A model generated the notes under the pieces. That model was not told the DNA's origin and did not search any database. It saw only the letters and a program-made list of their open reading frames with translations. A program made the position numbers and the translations under genes. DNA of 64,000 nucleotides from Convolutriloba macropyga (taxonomy: Eukaryota), in contig NC_134475.1 of NCBI RefSeq assembly GCF_964194025.1, forward strand, positions 8,370,001 to 8,434,000. Direction: 5' to 3'. Each line of letters opens with the position of its first letter. Position 1 is the stretch's first letter. This document shows positions 14,601 to 26,744 of this stretch, one piece after another.

Positions 14601-16133
14601 TAGCAGTAACCTTGTCCTCGGAAATTGTCGTTCCCCTCCCTTCATAACAGGTAACCCAACCACAAGCACCCCCGTAGAATGTTGAAGTTCCCTCTTTAGT
14701 GGATTTCTAGCTGGATACTGGCAAGCGCCAAAAAGAGTTACAAAAATCTTGTTCTCTGGTTTGTCTGCTGGTGGAGAATATTTTAGATTATTCAAATTTG
14801 ATTAATTTTTGATTATAATAGAACTAAAAATCAATTTTTCAAAAACCCGCCACCATTAGTTTTTAGCAAGAAGCATATGAATGAATAACGTCAACAATCC
14901 AACGATAATTTTTCAGTCAAAAATAGCTAACGGTTCACACTATATCAAACCAAATCAATCAATCCATCTGCATAAAGCCATATTTTTAATCGACTTACTA
15001 TCCCAAGTAACTCAAATAAATACTGCCTACCAGAAGCTCAGTTACTCGTCAGAAAATTTTACTCTGAACCAATATTTTTAGTTAACTTCGCATTTTCAGT
15101 CACTTCCATTACACAACTGTATTTTTTTTTTACAAAGAACTCACTAAATTCCAGAACTTTCTCTCAGTGAGAGACCACTTCTAGTTCGAACCTCCTCTCA
15201 CTCTCAGTTGTTCCAGTTCTTTTTGTGCCTGCGAGTACTCAGTCTGATCAGCTTTCATCGTGATATGTAATGTGTCATTTCATTTTTGGACAATTTGACC
15301 TAACGTAAAAGTGCAAAAATGGACAAGCAAGTCTGGTTGCAAGAGTTAGCTTCATTTTTGCAAGTAGTATAACATTGATTTTGTCCTCGGAAATTGTCGT
15401 GACACTCCCTTCATAACAGGTAAGCCCAACTTCGAGCACCCCCGTAGAATGTTGGAATTCCCTCTTTAGTGGATTTCTAGCTGGGGACTGGCAAGCGTCA
15501 AATCGGGTTACAAAAATCTTTTTTCTTTGGTTCGTCTGCTGGTTGAGAGTATTTCAGATTGTTCAACTTTGCTTAGTTTTTGATTTTAACTGAACCAATA
15601 ATCATTTTTTCAAAAACCCGCAACCATTAATTTATAGCAAGAAGCATATAAATGAATAACATCAACAATCCAACGATAATTTTTCCGTCAAAAATAGTTA
15701 ATAGTTCACACTAATTCAAACCAATTAAATCAATCCATCTGCTTAAAGCCGTATTTTTCAATCGACTTACTATCCAAGTAACTCTAAATAAATACTGCTT
15801 CCCAGTAGCTCAGTTACTCGTCAGCAAAGTTTACTGTGAACTAATAATTTTAGTTAACTTTGCATTTTCAGTCACTTCCATCACGAAACTGTATTTTTTT
15901 TTACAAAGAACTCACTAAAATCCTACAACTTTCTCTCAGTGAGAGACAACGGCTAGTTTGAACTTCCTCTCACTCTCTGTTGTTCCTTTTGTGCCTGCGA
16001 GTGCTCAGTCTTATCAGCTCTCATCAGCGATATGTAATATGTCATTTCATGTTTGGACGTTTTGACCTAATGTAAAGATGCAATAATGGACAAGCAAGTC
16101 TGGTCGCAAGACTTAGCTTCCTTTATGCAAGTA
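11616..16133. repeat. Tandem array of six ~690-776 bp units
   Basis: Unit starts at ~11616, 12392, 13162, 13852, 14597, 15366; recurring anchors ttgtcctcgga, gcatatgaatgaataacgtcaacaatc, gacaagcaagtctgg; unit 3 has an ~80-bp and unit 4 an ~25-bp deletion. Confidence 0.95.
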
Positions 16134-19100
16134 GTCTTTGGCCAAGTGAACTGAAGTTCTGCGGTCAAATTCGTTTGGTAAGTTAGGATACGACAAGAAC
16201 CAATGTTTCGTGCAACAACCAATTTAAAACAAAGTACAAAGATTCTGGTTTGTAATAATTTCCCAGTTGAGAGTGTTTGTCATATTCATTTTATGGCTAC
16301 TTTCGCTTCTCCTTATGAGGAAGACTTTCTGCTTGCAATCAATTCTTAATAATCCTCGTGCATGATGATCTCAGTGATTTAAAAAGGACAGTTAAAACTC
16401 ATGTTTTCTTGCTCTTTTTTCTTGTAGGACGCAGTTAAAGCTTTAACACTGAATGACACCCAAATTGTGTCTTATTTTACTTTGTTTGAATTTTTTGTAG
16501 ACATCATAATTCTGGTAAGAATTTTTAATTCCATCAAAAAATTACCAAAAAAATCCCTTCAGTTGTTTTTCAGTATTGCTTGTTTTGAAAAATTTCCCGT
16601 CTTTCCCATTGCCTACATAATTGTCTATGGAGTGACCAAAAAAATTGTGAGGCCATTTGGACGTGATGAAGTGCAGTTTCAACTAATTTCGAGGGGTACT
16701 GAAAATTGGACGCTTGTAATCTGAACGAATTGGTTTATCTCCACCAATCTCAAAGTTACTTCTAAATAAACTTTAAACTGTTCTGTACGTTGTAATTGCC
16801 GAAAAAGAAACCTGTTAAGTGTTGAGATTAATTGGAAGTGAGGAAGTAAGGATTTGGCTATTTGTGGTAGGAGTGTAGAAAATTCGGACAGGTGTTCTTT
16901 TGAACAAATTAAACCCTCTGAGCTGAAAGTGTACGAAACAACTTTTTGTCTATTCTCTATGTTCAACCTAGTCCCAAACATTAATTGGACTTTTCTCAAA
17001 CGTCAAATTTACTTCGTGTCTTGTTGTCTCCACGCAAAACTTGGCTCTTGACCATCTAATTTTACAAAGTGTCCACCAATTTAATTGCTGCAATCTCTTG
17101 ACAAATTTGATTTTCTTGACTGTGAAACTACAAAAACGTGAGTAAAATTGTTTTGTCCGAGCATATGTTTCAAATTGTCAACATAATTTTCCATAAATGT
17201 TTACTGATTTTGTTGACGTCACGGATAAATTTTGAAAAAAAAGAACTCCAACAAATATTTGCAGCTTCTCCAATCAATTTATATCGAATATCTCCCCAAT
17301 CCAAAATCTCTCCTGCAGTCCAAATTTCTCCTGAATTCTCACTCTAATGGACAAGCTCTATAATTTCTTACCGTTTTCTGATCCAAAACTACTACTATAT
17401 TAACGGACAACCAAAATCTCCGTTAAATTTCTTTTTTAATTTCATGCTTGTCTTCCAGCACCTTTATTGCTATACTAAGCAATTTTTTGGCGCCTAGCAT
17501 ATTTTTTCATTTTACATAAAAGACAAAAAAATGCTGAATTAAACAATCAAATTATCACGTTTTGATAATCTAAAATCTTTGCTCCTCTATCCTTGAGTTG
17601 AAGATTGTTGGTAAATTCTTTTTTTTTCACATAAAAGCTGCTTTGTTTTTTCCTGCTAAAAGATTATCACGAAAACTCTTTTTTTCTTGTACTTTATTCT
17701 CAATTATTGCCAGAAATTCAGATACCCAGGAGTGGACAACAACAATTTATGCATTTTTTGTTTTTTTCCCTATCATTTTTCAATAATCATTCTATTATAT
17801 TCTGCATGAAAAAACAAATTAAAGCTACCAACCTTGGCATTACTTACGGGGAACACAAATTTAATTTTTTATTAAGACTTAGATCTTGAATTTCAGCGTT
17901 TTTGAGAGGAAATACGAATCGAAACTACCGTCTGATTTTGCAATGCCTTTCATTGCGTTTTCCGCTTTCATTTTATTTTGATTTATTGGGTACAATAATC
18001 TCTGTACTTCAATCATACTCATTAACTGAATATCAAAATTTAAAACAACTGAAGGTTCATAACTGGACAGTTTTATGCTAATTACAATTCCAATAATAAC
18101 AAACTTGCGCGAATATTGTGCGAAAAGACTTAAGCTTTATGCATGTTAAAAAATTGGGTTTTGAAAGAACACTTGTTGCAAAAAATAACTTCACGGTGTT
18201 CAGCACATTTTTTAATGGGATGTTCGCCGGGTCAAATGACTTTTTCTTTGAAAAAGGGGTTTTTTGACATTTCGTGGGGATAATTTTGCGTACTTTTCAT
18301 TTTTGTCTACAAAATAGACTTCATCATCTTTCGATGCGCACTTTTTAACTGGCGTTTTTGTTGATAAAAATCGGCATAATCGAAGAAATTGGGTTTGCAT
18401 AACGACTCCATTGTGTTCTATCAAGTGTGACGAGTTTTGCCAATCCCACTGGAATGAAATCAGTTGCTTATATCAAGAGCAAGTTAGGAACTGAATTTTG
18501 GGAGCGATATTACAGATGTGTTTTAAAAAGTGAGGAGATATAACAATATCATACGAAGAAGCACTTTTTTTTTGGGGGGGGGGGGGGGGAATTAAGTAAT
18601 GTCTGAAGATTTCATTTATTAATCATTAACAGATATTGCAAGACAACCGTAGCGCGGTTGCGGTTCCTGAGTAGTTTTTAAAACTACGAGAAGGTCCTCT
18701 CTGTGTACCACATATCCTCTTAATTAGTTTTCCCAAATGGGTCAAGAAACTAAACCCAACGAAAAAATTAGCAGCCTGATTTTTATAGAATGATAAGTAT
18801 GGTGAGGGTAACATTTATTATACTGTTTCGGATGAATTCCCCTTGTTCGAGAATATAAGTTCTCCCTGAGTGCTTGTTGAACTAAAGAACTGACAGAAAA
18901 TAATTGAAACCGACTTTTTTGTGCTGTCATCTGTTTCAGATGCCCTTAAAGAAATATTGGTAGATTTTTGATTTTCCCGTGATTTGTGCGAGAACAAGTG
19001 TTGTGAAATTATTGTAAGGGAGCCAAATTATGTTTTCCGGACATTAGTTGATACTGAATTGATGCTCAATCGATCGAAAGGCGTCTTTTTTATATATGAA

Positions 19101-19344
19101 CAAAAAATTCGTTAGGCAAAATGTCGGCTTCGTTTTTAGAATTCCCCGTCAGAACATATATGGACTTTCTTCATTCGCTTCTCCAGTTGAGGAAATAAAC
19201 CATGGAATAAATCCCATTGAAACAAATCCCAGTGAAAAAAAAACAAACCTCCACAGAAAAACCAATTTAAACATCCTTTTAAAGACCGACCATGCACTTA
19301 AAAAAGTGAAAAAGTGTTAATAAGTTTTATTTTTTTTCGTATAT

Positions 19345-20243
19345 GCTTGTACTACGAAAATGTACTATGAAAAGACCAAACTCGACTCATTTGAGCTGTG
19401 AAAAGATTTTAACTCGACTTTCGAAGACATTCCGGAGTTTAGCTCGGCTCAGATTTTTCCTAGAAGACTTTAGCTGTTCACAAAGTTTTACAAAAGAATT
19501 TGGCTCGAACCAAAATTTCGGCTGGACTTAAGCTCGACACAATGTTTGCAAACAAAGTCGAGTTAAGGTCTTTTCATGGGTCCATCATTGGTTTTTTCAT
19601 AAGTCTACTTTTTTTGCGTGCAATATTGCATATAACGTAGTCAGCATATATACTCTTTCATCTTTTACGATTCAGAAGAACCACAAATCCCTCAAAAATC
19701 TGCTTTTTTTAAAAAAGATAGCTCATAGTTTTGGAAGAGAAAGCAAACTGAATAACGCTGAAACCTGGTCATGGTTAATGGGACTAGGACCAATACACTT
19801 AAGCTAGCTGATTTCCTTGAATCAAGTAATGTGATAAAATAATCGGGCTGCCATAACTCTTTAATTTAAGATTTGCCAAAAATCTTAAGGCTTTTGGCAG
19901 TTTTTCAACTGTTTCTTAAGTTGGACTGCTCTGGTGCAAAGAAATTTAGTCTTACTCCGATTCTGCTTTTGTATGTACAAAAGCAGCAAAAAAAATGAAA
20001 TTGCGAACTCTGAAAAAACAGACTTATGAAAGGACTAATTGTGAACCCACGAAAAGACCTTAATTCGACTTTGTTGGTTATGAAATGACTCTTAGTGGAC
20101 CCATGAAAAGACCTTAGCTGGACTTTCCAAGACAATCTAATAGCTGGACTTTATCTAGGAAGCTCGACCGTGTAATTTTAGTGAATATCCCCCCCCCTAC
20201 TAGACTTTTAAAGTCTTTTTATAAGTCGAGGCCTAGGTCTGGG
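19345..20243. mobile_element. Degenerate MITE-like element with GAAAAGAC/CTCGAC internal repeats; right end ...gcctaggtctggg (CCCAGA-type terminus); second partial copy 21441-22252
   Basis: Internal inverted repeats (aaagtcgagttaaggtcttttcatgggtcc at ~19555 vs ggacccatgaaaagacctta and gaaaagaccttaattcgacttt at ~20050-20120); left terminus not recognisable. Confidence 0.5.
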
Positions 20244-23200
20244 CACTAAACTACTGAAATTTGGTCATCCGTGTGTCAAGGGTCAGACAATGGGGAAAAA
20301 TTATAGTGCAAAAAAATCTCATGTAGCCAAAAGGATCTTGTTCGGCTTATTATCTGACATTAAGATGCATCTGGCATTTTTAGAGCCTTAAATCATTAAA
20401 TTATAGGGTCTTCGCATTCTAGGCCCCACGATATTATACCCCTCCCCCATTGTGGAATAATCACTATGATTGGGGGTTATGCGTTATATGACCACTTAAC
20501 GGGAGGGGGAAAGGGGAAGATCCAAAATATATTTGATTTGGTAATTCGGTAGTTATAAACTTTAACATTTTTTGATTATCTTAGAATGCGAATTGTCTGC
20601 AGTTTTCAGACAGTTTTTTCAGGATATTTCAGGATAATAAGTTTGGTTGTCTATTGTGAATACTTTTAGGTGAAGTTTTACTAATAAGTTACCAAAAGGT
20701 TGCATGCCTTTTCCTGCCATCTGTCTTCGTATTATCTTAACACTTTCTATCCCATCGTCTTTTCCTCTCGATAGCAAGTTGCCCCTCCCCAAGTAGGTCA
20801 GGTAATTTTACCCCTCATTTACCATTCAACCACCATGAAGCCGTCTAATCCAGTATGTTAATCTTTCCAATCCGAACAAACCAATTCTCTCAACTTTCCC
20901 CTGTCTCATCCATTTTTGCACTCAATTAATTTGCCAGTCGATGCAAGTCAAATAAGATGAATCAACCCGATGATGATTAAATCACCCGAGGTCTCATAAA
21001 TCAAAATAACGACATATACTCAAACCCTTACAAACACATAGACGCACGCATACAGGCACGCACACCTCAGACAAACGCACATACATACATCCTGATTTGA
21101 ATTCAATTGAAAATTTATGGACAATTTTGGAGCAAGAATTACGAAAACCGAGAGCACTTTAGGAAAATTTGGAAGAAAAATCGTCGAAAACTTGACTCAG
21201 ATTTCCTTTTAAAATTCTCTGAAAATTTCAAAAACGTTCTACCATGTATTACAAAAAGTAAAAGCGTAACTTCCCGTCAATAGAGAACTGAATTGAAGTC
21301 AACATTTTTTAATATTCGACATTTGAGCCACTTTTTAAAGATCCTCTCGGTGTACGTATCTTTTTGGTACAACAGGGTATATATCTTATATATCAACAGG
21401 GTATATAACAGGGTATATATTTATCTAGGAAAAATCTGAGCCGGAGTTTAGCTCGGCTCAGATTTTTCCTAGAAGACTTTAGCTGTTCACAAAGTTTTAC
21501 AAAAGAATTTGGCTCGAACCAAAATTTCGGCTGGACTTAAGCTCGACACAATGTTTGCAAACAAAGTCGAATTAAGGTCTTTTCATGGGTCCATCATTGG
21601 TTTTTTCATAAGTCTACTTTTTTTGCGTGCAATATTGCATATAACGTAGTCAGCATATATACTCTTTCATTTTTTACGATTCAGAAGAACCACAAATCCC
21701 TCAAAAATCTAATTTTTTTAAAAAAAGATAGCTCATAGTTTTGAAAGAGAAAGCAAACTGAATAACGCTGAAACCTGGTCATGGTTAATGGGACTAGGAC
21801 CAATACACTTAAGCTAGCTGATTTCATTGAATCAAGTAATGTGATAAAATAATCGGGCTGCCATAACTCTTTAATTTAAGATTTGCCAAAAATCTTAAGG
21901 CTTTTGGCAGTTTTTCAACTGTTTCTTAAGTTGGACTGCTCTGGTGCAAAGAAATTTAGTCTTACTCCGATTCTGCTTTTGTATGTACAAAAGCAGCAAA
22001 AAAATGAAATTGCGAACTCTGAAAAAACAGACTTATGAAAGGACTAATTGTGAACCCACGAAAAGACCTTAATTCGACTTTGTTGGTTATGAAATGACTC
22101 TTAGTGGACCCATGAAAAGACCTTAGCTGGACTTTCCATGACAATCTAATAGCTGGACTTTATCTAGGAAGCTCGACCGTGTAATTTTAGTGAATATCCC
22201 CCCCCCTACTAGACTTTTAAAGTCTTTTTATAAGTCGAGGCCTAGGTCTGGGCACTAAACTACTGAAATTTGGTCATCCGTGTGTCAAGGGTCAGACAAT
22301 GGGGAAAAATTATAGGGCAAAAAAATCTCATGTAGCCAAAAGGATCTTGTTCGGCTTATTATCTGACATTAAGATGCATCTGGCATTTTTAGAGCCTTAA
22401 ATCATTAAATTATAGGGTCTTCCCATTCTAGGCCCCACGATATTATACCCCTCCCCCATTATGGAATAATCACTATGATTGGGGGTTATGCGTTATATGA
22501 CCACTTAACGGGAGGGGGAAAGGGGAAGATCCAAAATATATTTGATTTGGTAATTCGGTAGTTATAACCTTTAACATTTTTTGATTATCTTAGAATGCGA
22601 ATTGTCTGCAGTTTTCAGACAGTTTTTTCAGGATATTTCAGGATAATAAGTTTGGTTGTCTATTGTGAATACTTTTAGGTGAAGTTTTACTAATAAGTTA
22701 CCAAAAGGTTGCATGCCTTTTCCTGCCATCTGTCTTCGTATTATCTTAACACTTTCTATCCCATCGTCTTTTCCTCTCGATAGCAAGTTGCCCCTCCCCA
22801 AGCAGGGCAGGTAATTTTACCCCTCATTTCCCATTCAACCACCACGAGGCCTTCTAATCCAATATGTTAATCTTTCCAATCCGAACGAACGAATTTCCTC
22901 AATTTTCTCCCTGTCTCATCCATTTTTGCACTCAATTAATTTGCCCCAGTCGATGCAAGTCAAATAAGATGACTCAACCCGATGATGATTAAATCACCCG
23001 AGGTCTCATAAATCAAAATAACGACACATTCTCAAACCCTTACAAACGCATAGACGCACGCATACAGGCACGCACACCACAGACAAACGCACATACATAC
23101 ATCCCTATTTGAATTCAATTGAAAATTTATGGACAATTGTGGAGCAAGAATTACGAAAACCAAGAAAAATTCAGGAAAAATTGGAAGAAAAATCGTCGAA

Positions 23201-23475
23201 AAAGCGTCAGATTTCCTTCAAAAATTGTCTGAAAGTTTCAAATACGTTCTACCATGCGTCAACCATTATTGAACTGCTGATCTGTTGAATTATTTACCAT
23301 AGTTATGATAACCAAGTTAATTATAATTAAATTTTTCTTTCATAAAAAAAATGTATTATAAAAAGTAAAAGCGAACTGAATTGAAGTCAACAAGCTGTAT
23401 TATTCGACATTTGTGCCACCTTTTAAAAATTATCTCGGTGTACGTAACTTTTTGGTACAATAGAGTATACATCTT
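19432..23475. repeat. Tandem duplication of ~2.0 kb (19432-21387 and 21441-23475)
   Basis: Offset ~2009 bp; first ~1.35 kb nearly identical, remainder visibly more diverged with indels. Confidence 0.95.
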
Positions 23476-23486
23476 CACGGCTCTTA

Positions 23487-24311
23487 CCCAGGATTAAGTC
23501 CGCTACCTAAGACGGGTTTTGCCCAGACAGACTTCAGTCGCTGACTGGGTTTCCAGACCAACCAGGCCAAAAAAAATCACTGACCAGAGCGGCCAGACCA
23601 AACAGACTTTTAGTAAATGTTAGCCAGACTGAACAGACTGGTCTGCAGAACAATGGTGAGATAGAACAGACATAGGCCAGATTTTTTGGCAGACCATGGG
23701 CCAAACCATTGACCAGACCGAACAGACTCTTGGCCTAGACGATTGTCCAGATCAACTTCTAGAGCGTGTAGAAAAATCCTATAAAATTTATATTTAATTC
23801 GCTTCACTTTTTGTACGAGAAGGGAAAACAAAAATTTTTAATGAAAATACCGACGATTTAATGTCCATTGTGAACCTGAGAAGTTAATTTGGTGAACTAG
23901 TCTTATCATCTAGAAATAGGCGCGGTTTGCCATTTAATGGCGGCTATTTTCAAAAATAGTTTGCAGAAAACCCGCTGTCGATTTCGCTGGATCTCGTTTA
24001 TCATATTCCGCTTGATTATGGATGTTGTCCAGACCAGATACCACCAAAATGGGGTTTTGACCAGACATAACAGACCAAAATGTGGGTATTAGCCAGACAG
24101 AACTGAGCAATGTCTGTATTGTGCAGAACAAACAGACCGAAATGTCGGCATTGGCCAGACCTAACAGATAAAAAAATATAGAATTGACCAGTCAGAAGGT
24201 GCAACAAAATTTTTTTTACAGGTCATTGAGCTGGGTTGCAACAGAACCCCCTGTCCATAACGTTTGTTCGTCTGGCCAATACCTCTCTTGGGTCGCGGAC
24301 CTCATCCTGTT
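23487..24311. mobile_element. Degenerate non-autonomous DNA element with CCCAGG terminus and CCAGAC internal repeats
   Basis: Left ta|cccaggattaagtccgctacctaagacgg vs right cctctcttgggtcgcggacctcatcctgtt (imperfect ~30-bp TIR); many ccagac/acagac motifs in both subterminal regions. Confidence 0.7.
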
Positions 24312-26744
24312 ATAAGATCCTGTTGATTTTAGTTGATACGCTTCCCTTTTTACATATCCAGTTTTTTATATCTGCCTACAAGATACACTCATTTTAAAAT
24401 TGACTGTCTTTATCTCCCGTTGTCTTACAATCAATTATCAATAAAAGTGAATTAGTTTGGTGACCCAAAATTAATATAGAAAAAAACACAATTAGCTTTT
24501 TAGTGAACAATAAACACGAATAATTTAATCAGGAAATTAAGCAGCAAAGATCCAATAGTGTTGCAAAGTTTACAAAAAAAATGGGTCGCTTTCGAGCTAT
24601 AAAAGTGTGAAGTATGAAATAGTCTTGAACGCTATATAGAGATTGGTCTTGATTTTGCCTCTAATGGTTCAAATTTAATAAAATCAACTATTTGCCCTAG
24701 TTAACAAAAATCACATGAAATTGTCTCTGGGCAAAAAGGGGTAAAGGTAAAGATTTACTTTGTTGGGGGTAAGCAAACTTTCGCTGATGCTGTAACGCTA
24801 AATTTACTTTATAGACCTCATTTATTACATTAACAAATCTGCCCAATATTTTCAACGTAAATTTTCCCTCAATTTCCAGCGTAAAAGTCAAGTCAAGTCA
24901 CCCGTTCTCTAATAGACTGAATTTGTTATCACCAGTTGGCAAAATTCCACCCGTCGCCTGAAATACTTGAGCCAGTTTCCGCTTTTTCAGCCCCCTTATA
25001 CCAGATAAGACCAGAAGATTATCACAACAAACGAAAATTGGGAGCATCTTTCAAAGTAGCAAAGCAATATTCGCCTACGATATACCTTTTTCAACTCTTA
25101 TAGCGCCGTATTTGCGTTTTTTAACTTTTTTTAACAAAATTTATCTTTGTTTCTTTGAAATTTAATACAAAACGATTGAGTTCAAATCCCCCTGATCAGT
25201 CAAGATTTTTTGTGCTATCCATTAGAAAATAAGCCAGACTAATTTTCTCGAGGGAAAAGGAAATCTTGTCTTTGTAAAATTGCCTATTTTAGCCGCTTTT
25301 TATTGCCAAGTCAAATTAAGCGGACCAATTTTGTGTTCCCCAAATTTCCTGATAAAACGCGACAGTTAAATTGAATTAGCATAACTTAATCTTTCGGTCT
25401 ATAAAGGCATGCAATAACCAGCTTTTGCGTTCACTCAATTTTTTTGCAAATTTGCTGGCTTTTTAAAGTAAAATATTTCAAAAGCGGGTATTTTGGGCAC
25501 TTCCGACACAAGGTGGAAAAAGTTTAGCCGGTTAATTTTCCACTGGTGATAAGTGATAACTCACGCAGTGATATTAGTTAAAAAGTGAAATTTTCACAAG
25601 CCTTTACATCAATTTTTTCCGCTGAACGGGAAATTTTATCTTCTTCTTTGAGATAATCTTTTTAATCTTCGGGGGAAGAAAAAGGTTTTATTTTAGTTCA
25701 CTTTCCTCGACTTTCCGCGAGAGTTGGTCAAAAATTATCATATTGGAAAATCGATATTATTGCTTTGTTAGGTTAGAATTCAAGTTTATAAAAAAATTGC
25801 TGAAATCTGATATCGGTCATTAATTTTACAATTGTCTGTAAACCAGATTCTGTCCGAGGAATATTTGGATATGTTTTACACCCATACAAAACGGCAGTTT
25901 TACGACACTCAATGAAAAATTATGTTTTGTTTTATAGCATGATACTAGACAAATAAATAACATGTGCTCCTGGGGAGTAAAAAATAAATGATTTTTTCTG
26001 GTTTGTGCCCCCCTCCCCAACTTATTGGGAGCATATTATTTGCACCCCCAGATGCCCGGGTCATATTTTTGGTGGTTTGCTATGTAAGGGAACGTGCTCT
26101 GTAACTGGGGGATGCATAACGTACTTCGGGGGGGGGGGGGGCACTAACAGAAAAAATCCGAATTAACATGCTCGCTAAATCGGGGGAAGGGGAAGGGGTT
26201 GAAGAATATAGATCCAAATATTTTCAGTTTCTTTAGCAGTAATATTTACAATTATGAAATCTTTTCCAAGTGTTGTTATTCTGTTTGCTCTAACACTTTT
26301 GGCTGTCCAGCTTTCCTTTTACTCTGTGGATTGTGGTTTTGTATTATCACCCTACGCATCTGAACGTATCCCTTCAGGTAAGAAACAGCTCATTATCATA
26401 ACTAAATGAAACCAAACATAACCACATGCCACTAGTTGAGAAGACAAGAAAAAAAACAACATTGGAAATCGTCGGTATGCTCAATTTTTTGGCATATTTT
26501 GGTATGTAGGAAATCGTCAGTATGTTCGGTCTTCAAAGTAAGAAAACTTTGGTAACTTCAGTTTCGCAAGAGTCCCAATCTTCGGTTTTTATACGTGAGA
26601 AAGTATAGTGTATGTTTGGTTTGAAAATTGTGATCTTTTTCCATACAAAAAATGTGAGTTGTTTGTATGATGTAGTCAGAAGTTATTATAGCGCTCTTTT
26701 TGCACAAACTTTAAGTGTATTTGTTAGAGAAAAATTCTGAAATT

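Noticed and set aside
11907-15081. Repeated short ORFs (MNNVNNPT..., MNNLKYSQ...) as a peptide gene cluster
   Set aside because: Lengths vary through stops and frameshifts between units, several lack ATG, and they occur on both strands.
11616-16133. Tandem SL-RNA, snRNA or 5S gene array (Sm-like AATTTTGG in most units)
   Set aside because: No convincing leader/donor or stem-loops, the motif is missing in the paralog at ~6010, and units carry deletions.
18212-19320. Possible decayed coding fragments
   Set aside because: No motif I can identify; frames short and inconsistent.
24900-25570. Weak inverted repeat (ttatcaccag / ctggtgataa) suggesting an old MITE
   Set aside because: Too degenerate to define termini or TSD.
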